Positions 51,756-64,000 of a stretch of 64,000 nt of DNA are shown here, one piece after another. Under the pieces are notes generated by a model, which worked only from the letters and a program-made list of their open reading frames with translations, did no database searches and was not told where the DNA came from. Position numbers and translations under genes: made by a program. Position 1 is the stretch's first letter; each line of letters begins with the position of its first letter. This stretch comes from Vezdaea acicularis (Eukaryota): the NCBI GenBank assembly GCA_026025075.1, contig JAPEUI010000007.1, positions 186,001-250,000 on the forward strand, written 5' to 3'.

Positions 51756-54294
51756 TCATACCTCCCCCGCAGCCCCACCCTTCAGCGTCTCCGTCTGCTC
51801 ATACAGCGGACTCGTGCCCAAGGTACTGTCCATGTCGGCGCTCTGCGCCCTACCGAGCGGACTCGACCTCACCGGTGCCTCTCCGCGTCTCAAAAAAGTT
51901 TCTCGGGTGGTACTAAACGGCGTGGTGGGGCTTGTTCCGCGTTGTACGCCTCTAGACGAAAGGATAGGGCTGGACGACATAGCCTCGGCGGTCCGCGGGA
52001 CAAACGCCGTACCCTCGCGCGCAGCGGAGGTAGGCGAGACGGGCGAACCCAGCTCACTCCCCTCCCAACCCGGCTGCTGCCTCAGCTGGAACCGATGCTG
52101 ATGCGGATGTTGCTGTTGCTGTTGAGACAAATAGTCCTCGCCCCGGCGCTTGACGGGACTTTCGTCGTAGGGGTCAAAGCCGAGTTTATGGCGGGCGCTG
52201 GCGCGTTTGCGGCGGCGGTCGTCCGGGTCGGGACCGGCGCCGGTGGTGGAGGATTCGGCGAGGAAGAAGTTGAGGAGCTCGTCGTGGATGGCGAGGTGGG
52301 ATGTTTGTTGGAACTGTTGGAGGGCGGTGAGGCGGATGAGGGTTTCGAGGAGGGAGAGGGAGGATTTGATGGGGGGGAGGGGAGGGGGTTGGGGGGTGGT
52401 GTGGGAGAGGTGGTGGAAGGGGGAGGAAAGGGTGGAGGATGTGCTGGTGGTGGTGGTGCGATTGGGGGGGTGGGAGGGTGGGCGGTTGGTGGTGAGGGGG
52501 GACGGGGCGGAGGATGGTTCGCGGGATGCTCGGGAAGGCCGCGTGGAGGGGGATGTGAGTTCGCTTTCGGATTCGGAGTCCGAGTCCGGGGATTCGGTGT
52601 AGACTTCAAAGGCGAGCCATTCGGGGTCAAGGTCGGGTGGGAATGTCCAGGGTCCTGTTTGAGACTGCTGATGATCTGTAGGGGATGGCGGATGATCGTG
52701 ATTTAGCTGTGCGTCGATCAGGGACTGAGATTCGTCCACCGGAACGCCCAGAGCATTCTCTTCGTGCTCCTCTTCAGTCTCCCACCATTCCGGTTCGCGG
52801 TTGATGCGATCTATCATGCGTCGTGGTGGGACGGCGTTGATGTCACGCTTGAGGAGAAGCACGGGGTTGTTCACTTCGCCTTCGTTGCCGATATTGAGGA
52901 TCTTCCCTGTGTCCGCGTAGAAGATTTTCGATATCTCGTGAACAGGCAACACCCCCCGAATACCTGCTAAAGCGACATCGTCAAACGGCCCGGGCTTCTC
53001 CTCGCCGTTCTCAAACGTGTGGATCCGATCGTCATCGAGGTCTTCGATGATTGCTATTTGATATGCATATTCGTCTGCTCTAGCCTCTGCAGCGATATGC
53101 ACAGGATCTGGAGAGTCTAACCCTCCGGTTGGCGTAGCTGGAGTGCCATTGCCAAGCAGTAAATCTCCGCTTCCTTGCTCCCTGACTGGGCTTGCATCTT
53201 GTAAGGTCATGCTCAATGGTACTCGATTGAGTTTTACTTTGGCCTTATGGATCACTTCTTTCCACGTCGTGTTCCTGAAGTTACCTTCCTCATCTTGGGG
53301 TCGATTGGCATGCCCTGAAAACAGCATGTATAGAGATAGAATGAAGGCAGGGCCGACTTGAACAACCTGTCCTGGCAGCATGGAAAACTGAGAGTCGCCT
53401 GCTGTAAGGAACGTACTCGCTTGCAGAAGCCGTGAAGGTGAAATGGTCGCAGGTAGACTTGTGGACAGACTCGCGCCAGACGTTGTGATGGCGAGGTTGA
53501 TCAGGGGTACAGCATCCTCGATCCGGGTGAGCAGCTGCTTGATGTCTTGGATGATGAGTTTAATCTCCGCGTTATTTTGTGCATTGCTTTTTGCCTTCGA
53601 AGACCCTCGCCGGGAGAGTTCTTCGGCGTTAGCAGCTTTAGCTAGACGAATACCCAGGGATTGAATGTCCCAACGGAGGGCCTTCGTCAAGGTTACGGCC
53701 GATTCCAAGGAGGTGTTTCCACGCGCGGAGCTACTCGCGAATTAAGTATTCACAAATAGAAAGCCAATACAGAATACATACATCAATTCGATCATGTCAA
53801 TAGCCGGAGATATAATCTACATAGAAGTCCGTTAGTCAGATCGATCGCGGGCCTTCATGAAGCGCCTTTTCTTGGCTGCAAGAAGAGCAGACGAACCCTA
53901 ATCTTGCCCTCTAGCCTCCGCTGAAGTTTGCCCAATTCATCTCTCACATCCCCGTCTACGGCCTAGACGGACAGTCAGTAGAATACTGACCGGTCCGATC
54001 CAGCCCTTGCTTACCTTGAGAAGTCTTGAGCATTCTCGGATAGCATACCCGCTTGTGATCGTAATACCAGAGCTTGTTTATATGTCAGAACCAGGCTTAG
54101 ACGAGATACAGGAGAAACGTCAAGTAATAAGACCGCTGTTTTCCGCGGGTATCCTTTCTGAAGCCCGTTTGTGTGTTTAACACTCACCGTATGGCATAGT
54201 TCATAGCCTGCTGGGTAATCTGCAAATGAAATCAGCAGTCAATCGCAATCACGATTGACGCAGCAATGTTTACCTTTCCGAGCAGAATGTCCAT
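51756..54294 (-). CDS. YRB30: RanGTP-binding protein, Yrb30 family
   Basis: Small 5' exons MDILLGK|ITQQAMNYAIR|SGITITSGYAIRECSRLLK|...|IISPAIDMIELI|SARGNTSLES, then RIEDAVPLINLAITTSG, ISPSRLLQAS, WKEV and LSLLETLIRLTALQQFQQ. Confidence 0.88.
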
Positions 54295-54867
54295 CTTACA
54301 CAGAGCTGTCAGACACGGAGACTATGAGGATACAACTAAAACATGCGGTTTGAGCACGCCGGATTTTAAGTTGATTAGCGTTAGGCCGCCGAGAACACCA
54401 ATAACAAACACATCAGGAAGTCCGAAGTTATTTCAAGTTCACCCATTTCGGTGACAAGATTAGTGTTCACCTCGAGGATAGGTCTTGAATCATGCTTTGT
54501 TACATGGACTTGTTGCAGTTTGTTGAGTCATAGTATATTACCCGGATTCCCCTACACTTATGCTAAGATAAGCTTTTTTATTTACATCTTAAATCCACGT
54601 TGCTAGGCTGAACTCATGCTTGCAGCTGGTCCGATCCCTGTAACGAGAGCGTACAGTAGCCGGGGAGACTAGCCTACTATGGACTTCTGACGTCGCGACT
54701 TGCCAAGGTCAAGCACCGCTGGCGCCTGGCCTTTTCTCCCAGAACCATACTCCTTCTTCGTATACATTAGTGGGCTAAATTCACCTCGCATCACAATCAA
54801 ACCAGTTTAGGAGGGCACATCTAGCTTATGGTTCATTCAAGGGGACGTTGATGCGCCCGCAGTCCAA

Positions 54868-57800
54868 ATGCGACAGCTTTTACAATTGGTGTCACTGGCA
54901 ACACTCATCAGTAATGCGCTCGCCAGTCCCGACTGGACGCAAATTCACGAAAAGGGCAGATGCGCAATTCGAGGGCAGTGTGGGAAGAAGAGCTTCTTTG
55001 GTGGACAACTACCTTGTTTGGACAATGGAAAGGCGAAAGAGCCCACGGATGCGATTAGGAAGAAGTTGGTGGATACCTGCGGAGAGAAATGGGGCAACAG
55101 ACCTGTCTGTTGCGACGAGGACCAAGTAAGCAAAATATGGCAGATCTACTTGCATCTGCAGTTGCGCAGAGGCTAACACTGGTTAATTGCAGCTTGACGC
55201 GATGATCGACAAGTTCAGCGTACCTGACTCCTTAACGTCGCCATGCCCAGCCTGTAAGAACAACTTCTTCAATCTTTTCTGCACTTTTACGTGCTCTCCC
55301 GACCAATCGCTATTCGTAAACGTGACGAAGGCTCAGGAGCTATCAAAAGGGAAAGACGCTGTGGCCGAACTCAATTATTTGGTCACGGATGAGTACGGTT
55401 CGGGGTTTTACGACAGCTGCAAAGACGTCAAGTTCTCTGCTACCAATGGATTCATTATGGACCTCCTTGGTGGAGGCGCAAAGAACTATACAGCTTTCCT
55501 GAAGTTTCTTGGGGACGAGAAGGCTCTCGGCTCGCCATTCCAAATGAACTTCCCTCGACCGCGAGACATAGAAGATGAAACGATGGTAGCTATGCATGAC
55601 ATACCTAAGAAGTGCAACGATGAGGACGAGAAGTATCGGTGCAGCTGCGTCGACTGCCCTGCTACTTGTCCAGCACTATCCGAGGTCAGCGAGGGAAAAC
55701 GATGTAAAGTTGGTGTTCTTCCATGCTTGACGTTTGCAGCCATCCTCGTCTACTCTGTTCTAGTCTTGATCGCCATCGCAGGCGGTGTATTCCATATCGC
55801 ATGGATGAAGCATTCTCAACGCAGAAGCGAGCGTCTTCGACTATTACAAGATGCCGCGCCAAGCGACGACGAGGACGAAGGGGATGTTATACATAACGCT
55901 GGAATGTTTGACCGGCCTCAGAGTAATTATAGGCTCAACTCCGTGCTCGACAAAGCCTTCAATCGGCTTGGACGGACGTCTGCGCGATATCCTGGTATAA
56001 CGATTGGAGCGAGCATCCTGTTGGTTGCTTTGCTCAGTTTGGGATGGATCCGGTTCGCAGTAGAAACCAATCCCGTTCGCCTATGGGTCAGCTCAAACTC
56101 TGCTGCTGCTGAGGAGAAAGCCTTTTTCGATAATAATTTCGGACCATTTTATCGCGCGGAGCAAGCATTTCTTGTCAATGATACGGGGTCCTCAGATATA
56201 CGGCCTGTCCTCTCATATGAGACCCTGACATGGTGGTTTGACGTAGAGAACCGTATTAAGAGACTAAGATCTTCGGAGTATGGTGTCACCATAGATGACG
56301 TTTGCTTCAAGCCTACGGGTGATGCTTGTGTTGTTCAGTCAGTTTCCGGCTACTTTTCAGGCGGCCTATCATCTCTGAATCCCTCAACCTGGAAGCAAAA
56401 GATCCAGAAGTGTACCGATGACCCTGCTGATGCTGAATGCCTTCCGGACTTCAACCTTCCATTGAAGAAAGAGATGGTTTTGGGAGGGTGGGAGAAGACA
56501 GATGATGTCTTAGACTCTCAGGCATTGATTTCCACTTGGGTCATCAACAACCATGCCGAAGGTTCAGAGGCAGAGGCTAAGGCAATGGACTGGGAACAGA
56601 CCCTCAAGAGCACCCTCCTTACGGCGCAAGCTTCTGCGAAGGATAAGGGCCTTCGACTTTCTTTCTCGACCGAGATCAGCCTGGAAGAAGAGCTCAACAA
56701 GTCGACCAATACCGATGCCAAGATCGTAGTCATAAGCTACCTAGTCATGTTTCTATATGCCTCAGTGGCCCTCGGATCCACGACTTTGACGATCCAGAAC
56801 TTATTGCGCAATCCTACCAGCGCTTTGGTCATGTCCAAATTCAGCCTTGGAGTAGCTGGTATAGTGATTGTCCTAATGTCCGTATCTGCTTCCGTTGGGC
56901 TCTTCTCAGCGTTTGGCGTCAAGGTCACGTTGATAATTGCAGAAGTCATTCCGTTTCTCGTCTTGGCCGTTGGGGTGGACAACATATTCTTGATTGTCCA
57001 TGAATTTGAAAGAGTGGATTCCAGCCACCCTGACGAGCTCATTGTGGACCGAGTCGGCAAAGCCCTTGGCAGAATGGGGCCAAGCATTCTTCTATCCGCA
57101 TCAACGGAGACAGTTGCATTTGCGCTGGGAGCATTCGCGGGTATGCCTGCTGTCAGAAACTTCGCAATATATGCTGCTGGCGCCGTTTTCATCAATGCTG
57201 TCTTACAAGTCACGATGTTCGTGTCAGTGCTTGCACTGAATCAACGAAGGGTCGAGGACAATCGTGCGGACTGCTTCCCTTGTCTGAAGCTTGACAAGAC
57301 AGGAGTTGGAAACGCGACGAGTCGACCATATCAACCGGATAGTGAAACAACACTCCAAAGATTCATTCGTAAGGTCTACGCCCCGGGGCTGCTACAGCGC
57401 AAGACAAAAGCCGTCGTGATTATGGCATTCCTAGGCCTTTTCACAGCTGGCGTCTCCTTGATACCTGAAGTTGCCCTAGGCTTAGACCAGCGAATTGCGA
57501 TTCCAAAGGATTCATACCTTATACCATACTTCAACGACTTATACGAGTACTTTAATACTGGCCCACCAGTGTACTTTGTTACTAGGGAATTGAATGTTAC
57601 TGAGCGCAAACATCAGCAAGAGCTGTGCGGGCGTTTCACGACTTGCGATGAATATTCTTTGACGACAATCTTGGAGCAGGAACGAAAGAGACCTGGCGTC
57701 TCGCACATTGGGGAACCTGCCGCAAGCTGGATCGACGATTTCTTCTTTTGGCTCAATCCGCTTCAGGACAAATGCTGTAAGAATGGCGGAAAGGTCTGCT

Positions 57801-58804
57801 TTGAAGATCGTGATCCGCCTTGGAATATCACCCTATCTGGTATGCCAGAGGGTACAGAATTTATCGAGTACCTGGGGCAGTGGGTTCGGTCTCCGACGAA
57901 CCAAGATTGTATAATTGCTGGTGAGGCAGCTTACAGCCATGCACTTGTGATTGATGCAACTCGCGATACAATAAATGCCAGTCACTTCAGATCGAGTCAC
58001 GGACCTTTGCGAAGTCAAGAAGACTTTATCGAAGCATACGCCTCTGCCCGGAGGATTTCTGACAGCATAAGTGAAAATATAGGGACGGAGGTTTTCCCAT
58101 ACTCCAAATTCTACATCTTTTTTGACCAGTACACCACTATCGTCAAGCTTACGGCAACTCTTCTAGGTTCTGCTATTGCCCTCATTCTAGTTATAACTTC
58201 GATTTTGCTGGGATCCATTAGGACCGGAATCGTGGTCACCGTCACTGTCACTATGATTGTGATTGACATCATTGGTACTATGGCTGTCGCTGGCGTGAGC
58301 CTCAATGCTGTCTCCTTGGTTAACCTTGTGATATGCGTTGGGATTGGTGTGGAGTTCTGTGCCCATATCGCAAGAGCTTTTATGTTTCCCAGTCGAAACG
58401 TCATGGAACGGGCGAAGAATAAGTTCAGGGGCAAGGATGCAAGGGCGTGGACTGCGCTCGTCAATGTCGGTGGCAGCGTGTTCAGTGGTATCACCATTAC
58501 AAAATTCCTGGGTGTTTTCATTCTTGCTTTTACACGAAGCAAGATCTTTGAGATCTACTACTTCAGGATTTGGCTCGCCCTAGTCATCCTTGCGGCAGCC
58601 CATGCTCTAATCTTCCTTCCAGTCGCGTTAAGCATATTTGGTGGCGAAGGCAAGTATTCTTCATACTACAAGAAAACCGAAGCTAATGAATAAATAGGTT
58701 ATATGGACCCTGAGTCAGACGGCGGGCTGGAAGAAGACTTAGCAGCGAGAAGATACCGGGCCCTCCTTCCAGAGGACGATTTCGACTCTGATGAGGACTA
58801 TTGA
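54868..58804 (+). CDS. NCR1: Niemann-Pick type C1-related sterol transporter
   Basis: Signal peptide, Cys-rich NPC1 N-terminal domain (CAIRGQCGKKSFFG, CPACKNNFFNLFCTFTCSPDQS), sterol-sensing domain (EVIPFLVLAVGVDNIF), GIGVEFCAHI. The last intron 58650-58697 is GC-AG. Confidence 0.96.
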
Positions 58805-59697
58805 ATAGCGGCTTGTGAAAATCTGCCATACATGTATTTTTATAAGTATCACAATACTAGGAAGCCCGAGCAAGCATTGCGTGGCGTTCGTCGAAAGCTC
58901 ATTGACGCGTTTTTAAAGTCTAAGTGTATGCCATGCATTATTCTCAAACTGGGCAGAGAGTGATTATAGTCTTCTACTTCAAGCAAGCACAACGGACGCA
59001 GCACAAGTGTCTTCAATATGCCGTATATGCACGCACAGATCACGATCGCGGAAGTCGTACCTTCCGTTTAGCGGCCCTGGGCGGAACTCAGACCCGTACT
59101 TATACCATATGTTGTAAGCTTCGACTCAATATGAGCGCATATCAGCATTTGCCCGATCCAAAGTCCATTTGTAACTGCGTTGTCTGTATCATAATTGATA
59201 CGAAAAGATATGGGCGTAGCTTTTCTCTTCTACGTTTTCTCTTCTCGTTTCCGCACCTAAAGCCTACGCCTTGTCTCCCGGAGTCCTCTCGTGCAGTGTC
59301 TCAAGAAGCTTCTCTCTGCCAGGCTAGTACCTTGAATAGAGCACTTTGACAAACCTTACATGCGTTTAGTATCTCTAGAATGCTAGTTGAAAGTTTGGTT
59401 AGTTAGCATATCTTTTGTAATGTACTTGAAGAGATCTTAAGTTATAAGTCACTCCTCGCTAATCGTCTGGTATTCCTTGTGCCTATTCGCCTAAACCTGA
59501 GCGGTGAAGGAAAAAAAGTCTTGGCATGAACAACAACGGAAATCAGATTTTGTTTTATTCTGCTGCAGCAAACCCGTCTGGACGGCTACTTCACTTCCCT
59601 TCACAGATACCCACCACATTTTGTGGATTTTCGGCATACGATTTTGTCCTTTCATTGTGTCCATTTTAAATTATAACCTCTTCTGAGATCAAGCATC

Positions 59698-62600
59698 ATG
59701 GATGAAGATACTTTCATTCAGCTTCTACAGAGCATTTTAGAGCGTAGGTCTATCTACTACGTTCGATACTCAATCGGCTGATATTCACTGCAACCCGCAG
59801 CGGACACCGAACGTGTGAAAGCCGCCACTGCAGCTCTTCGCAAGGACTACTATCCAAACCCAGAGTCCCTTGCTTTTTTGTTAAAAATTTTGACCTCTCA
59901 TGAATCTCCACAGCTTCGACAGCTGGCTGCAGTTGAAGCCCGAACACTCGTGGCCAAACACTGGGTCTCTATACCTGATGGAGCAAAACCAAACGTCCGA
60001 AGAACATTATTGGAATCAACTCTCGCCGAGCAAGAATCTCTGGTGAGACACTCAGAAGCACGTGTCATTGCAGCAATCGCAAAAATCGATCTCGAGGATG
60101 GAGAATGGAGTGAGCTTCCTGGTATCCTCTCCGCCGCGGCCAAGCACGATCAGGTGACACATAGGGAAACTGGAGTGTATATCCTCTTTACCTTGCTGGA
60201 AGTCATGGGCGACGGATTCGTGAGTCAGATGCATGACCTGTTTGTCCTATTCAACCATACCATTCAAGATCGAGAAAGTGCAGAGGTGCGGATCAACACT
60301 ATGCTTGCTTTGAGTAGGATGGCTATGGTGATAGATCCGGATGAAGACCCCACCTCTCTCAGCGAATTCCGCGAAATCCTTCCTAAGATGGTCCATGTTC
60401 TTGCGGAGGTAGTGAAAGCTGGAGATGAGGACAAGGTTGTTCAAGCATTCGAGGTTTTCCAGACTGTCCTTGGTTGTGATTCTCAGCTGATCTCCAATAT
60501 CTTCAAAGATCTGATTTCTCTTATGATGGAAATGGCTTCATCGCTAGAGCTAGCAGAAGATTCTAGGTCGCAGGCTCTTTCGTTTCTGATGCAATGCGTC
60601 AAGTATCGAAAGCTCAAAGTCCAAGGTCTCAGACTCGGAGAAACTCTAACTCTCAAGGCACTTCAAATTGTCACGGAGTTAGGAGACCTGAGAAATGACG
60701 AGGAAGATGCAACTCCTGCTAAAACTGCGCTCGGATTACTCGACGTCCTTTCTCAAAGCTTACCACCAGCCCAGGTCATGGTTCCGTTGATGCTTGCCCT
60801 GCCGAAATACGTTAACAGCTCTGATCCTAATTATCGTCGTGCTGGCATACTTTCTCTCGGATTCTGCGTCGAAGGTGCCCCAGACTTCATTGGGTCTCAG
60901 TTGAATGAGATCATGCCCCTTGTATTTCGACTTCTACAAGATAATGATGTTAAAGTCCGGCAAGCCACCCTACATGCTTTTGCAAGGCTCGCAGAAGAAG
61001 TTGGGGAAGAGATGGCGAAAGAACATGAGACACTTGTCCCGCTCCTCGTACAGAATCTAGAGGCAGTCATGACAACCGGTGGAGACAAGAAACACGAGGA
61101 GCAAAAGATTGATATCATGACCGGCGCTTGCAATGCTCTCGACTGTCTTCTTGATGGAATGGATGCTGATATCTCTGGAAAATATATAACTCGACTTGCT
61201 CCGCTCTTCACTCGTCTCTTCGATCACCCTGAATTCCGTGTGAAGGCCGCAGCCGTCGGTGCAATGGGCTCTCTGGCAGCATCAAGTGAGAAGAACTTTT
61301 TGCCCTACTTCGAAAAGACAGTTGAAGTTCTCTCTCCATATATCAACCTTAAAGAAAGTGTAGACGAGCTAGACCTGCGAGGTACGGTGACTGACGCCAT
61401 GGGCCATATCGCTTCCGCTGTGGGACCCGAAGCTTTCCAAAAATACGTTTTACCTTTAATGGAAACGAGCGAACAGGCGCTGCAGCTTGGAAACCCGCAA
61501 CTGAAGGAGACATCATTTATTCTGTGGAGCGGCCTTTCCAAAGTGTACAAAGATCAGTTTACGCCGTTTCTAGCTGGTGTATCGAAAGCGCTCTTCGAGA
61601 GCTTGAAGCAAGAGGAGACTGACCTCGAAGTAGAGCTTGGCCCTGAAGCCCAGGAACTGCTAGGTTCAGAGATCACAGTCGCAGGAAAGCGACTGAAGAT
61701 TTCTAATTCAGAGGGAAACGACAGTCGTGCTATACTAAGCCGTGTGAACGGAAATGCCGATGAAGATGAGGTAATCGATGTTGAAGATCTAGATGATGAT
61801 GATTCCGCCTGGGACGACCTCACAGCAGTCACAGCGGTCGCTATGGAGAAGGAGATCGCCCTTGAGGTCCTCGGAGACATCATTGGTGCTACACGGAAAT
61901 CTTTCTTGCCATATATTCAGGAAACTGTCCAGATCGCTCTAGGCTTGACTGACCACTCCTATGAGGGCATTCGCAAATCCTCTATTGGTACTTTGTGGAG
62001 AGCCTATGCCGCTCTGTACGAAATAAGTGAGGAAGATGGACAGATGGCTAAGTGGGAACCTGGCTTACCTCTCGTGGCAAAGCCAACTGAAGATCTGAAG
62101 AAGCTGGGTGGTGTCATTCTGACAGCCACAATTCCTATCTGGGAAGACGAAGTCGATAGGTGAGTTATTCGGGTTTCACAACTCACTTTGACATGATGAC
62201 TACATTTCGTTATCCCAGCTCACTCAGATACACAATGTGTGAATGAAGCGAAAGCGAATCTGTTTCTGATCACAAGACTCTTTTGAAATCACTTCAAGCG
62301 TTCATGAGATAGTTTGACGTACTAATTTTGTCTCTAGAGCTGTTGTTACTGACATCAACCGCAATGTCTCTGCGACGCTTAAGCTCTGTGGGCCTGCAGT
62401 CATAAACGAAGCGAAAGCTCTTGACACTATTGTAACCATTCTCATATCCATTTTGACAAAGAAACACCCATGCCAGCAGGATATGGGCGAAGAAGAAGAG
62501 GAACTTGAAGTGCAAGAATCATCTGAGTATGACTGGCTTGTGGTGGATACCGCGATGGATGTAATGAGTGGACTTGCAATTGCCCTCGGGCCAACATTCG

Positions 62601-63352
62601 GGCGACTGTGGAAAGTTTTCGAGAAGACTATCTTGGCTTATGCTGGTAGCTCTGAATCACTCGAGCGAAGCTCGGCTGTCGGCAACATTGCTGAATGTAT
62701 ATCTGGCATGGAATCTAGCGTGACGGAATACACGAAGGTGAGCCTAAGATTAAGCTCCCCAAATTGACTCTCTGACCTATCTAGACACTCCTCACCAACC
62801 TCATACACCGACTTGACGATGAGGAGGTGGAAGTCAAATCGAACGCTACATACGCAGTAGGTCTACTTTGTCAATACTCAACATCGGACACCCTTCTTCA
62901 ACAAGCTTATCCGATAATCCTTACCAAACTTGAACCGTTGCTGCACACAGAAAGTGCTCGTTTGCTTGACAATTCGGTTGGATGCGTTTCCCGAATGATC
63001 ACAAAACATCCCTCGCGGGTGCCACTCGATAATGTATTGCCAATCCTAGTAGGCGCAATGCCGCTCAAGGCTGACTATGACGAAAACGAACCTTTGTGGG
63101 ACATGATCATTCAATTATGTTAGTGAAGTTTCCTGAAAATGACCCTACTGAATATGGGTTACGATTGGGTTTGTGTTTTTCTTATAGTGTGGCTAACAAT
63201 ATTTAGATCAAAAGTCCAATCCATACATTGAGTCGCAAACCTCAGCACTGATCCCAGTGATTGAACAAGTTCTCAAGGGGCCCGAGGAACAACTTGAAAC
63301 CGAAACAAGAGAGAAGGTCGCCCAATTACACACATATCTACGAAGCAAGTGA
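59698..63352 (+). CDS. KAP123: Importin beta-4 (karyopherin Kap123)
   Basis: IBN_N region (PDTERVKAATAAL, LRQLAAVEAR), HEAT repeats, acidic loop VTAVAMEKEIALE, ESSEYDWLVVDTAMD, PLKADYDENEP; five exons. Confidence 0.93.
62190..62272 (+). ncRNA. snR71: Intronic box C/D snoRNA, snR71/SNORD29-like
   Basis: In the long second KAP123 intron: box C ATGATGA (62193-62199), guide CCCAGCTCAC (62214-62223) complementary to LSU rRNA GUGAGCUGGG, D' CAGA (62225-62228), box D CTGA (62266-62269). The +5 rule points to the A of GUGAG (yeast Am2946). Confidence 0.82.
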
Positions 63353-64000
63353 TAATCTCATAGAAAACCCATTACATTCCTTACTTTTGGCTTCGGTCAA
63401 GCCTTGGACTGTGGGCATGAACTTGGGCCGTCACTCTCTTCGCTTGCTGGATAATGAGAACATGATTCACGGTATAGAGATGTAATGGCTGCTCCGCTTC
63501 CAAACTAAACATCAGATAATTTAGCATAGAGCAAATAAAAGCTACCCCCCCATAAAATCGCGTTCAAGATTGATCAATTTTCCAAGTCTTAAGATGCAAA
63601 CATTCTTCCGGCACGAAATCAGGCAGCAGCCGAGACAAAACATGGTGTCAAGAAGAATATTTACATTCACCCAGTGACAATTATATGTGTTTCTCTAAAT
63701 CCTCAAGTAGACTCGCTAGGATTCAAATTAGCCAGCACAGGGCAAGATTTGTAGTTGATACCAGAACGTTTTGTCAGTTGAATAGATATTAAAACGTCTA
63801 CAAGCCTAAGCCGGTCTTCAAACCAGTCATTGAACACTCAAACACCGCTTACGCTTATGGTAATAGTCAAAAAGATTATTAGCTAGGGAAGAATAAGCAA
63901 TCTTACGATAGGATCCAAGACATAGTCGTAGAGTCATTTTCAGGGCAACTTCATAACTAGTAGTAGACAGCAGCCGCACACGTTAGATCGTCCGCCGAAA

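Noticed and set aside
51942..52706. Gly-rich and Pro-rich ORFs overlapping YRB30, and similar antisense ORFs over the ABC, NCR1 and KAP123 genes
   Set aside because: Antisense or alternative-frame shadows of real coding sequence with biased codon usage.

Overview
Genomic DNA of a filamentous ascomycete (short GT/GC-AG introns with CTRAC/CTAAC branch sites, RIP-like C>T/G>A decay of repeats). Two blocks of conserved genes flank a ~15-kb accessory island. Left block (1-28.1 kb): taxilin, CYM1/PreP, CYP51, a leucine-zipper microprotein missed by the ORF track, con-6, an AtrF-like PDR ABC transporter, ICP55, DBF4/nimO, ATG12, ECM31/panB and UBC8. Right block (46.9-63.4 kb): YANK-type kinase, ADE13, YRB30-like, NCR1 and KAP123, the last with an intronic snR71-like C/D snoRNA. 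The island (~28.9-43.3 kb) has four parts. (i) A CorA-like gene with an apparently broken splice acceptor. (ii) An intronless 1016-codon frame (putative GT-B glycosyltransferase-like domain plus ankyrin repeats) whose only lesions are three in-frame TAG codons at Trp-compatible positions; this is either A-to-I stop-codon-correction gating or light RIP. (iii) An orphan with a HeLo-like/SesA-type N-terminal helix and 18-aa Q/Y/G repeats. (iv) A 7-kb nest of two Tc1/mariner relics, a MITE and nine solo-LTR-like inserts, most with readable 5-bp target-site duplications (TSDs). CYP51 and the ABC transporter share a CGG-N12-CCGAAC (AtrR-type) promoter motif. All calls come from manual reading; no database searches were run.
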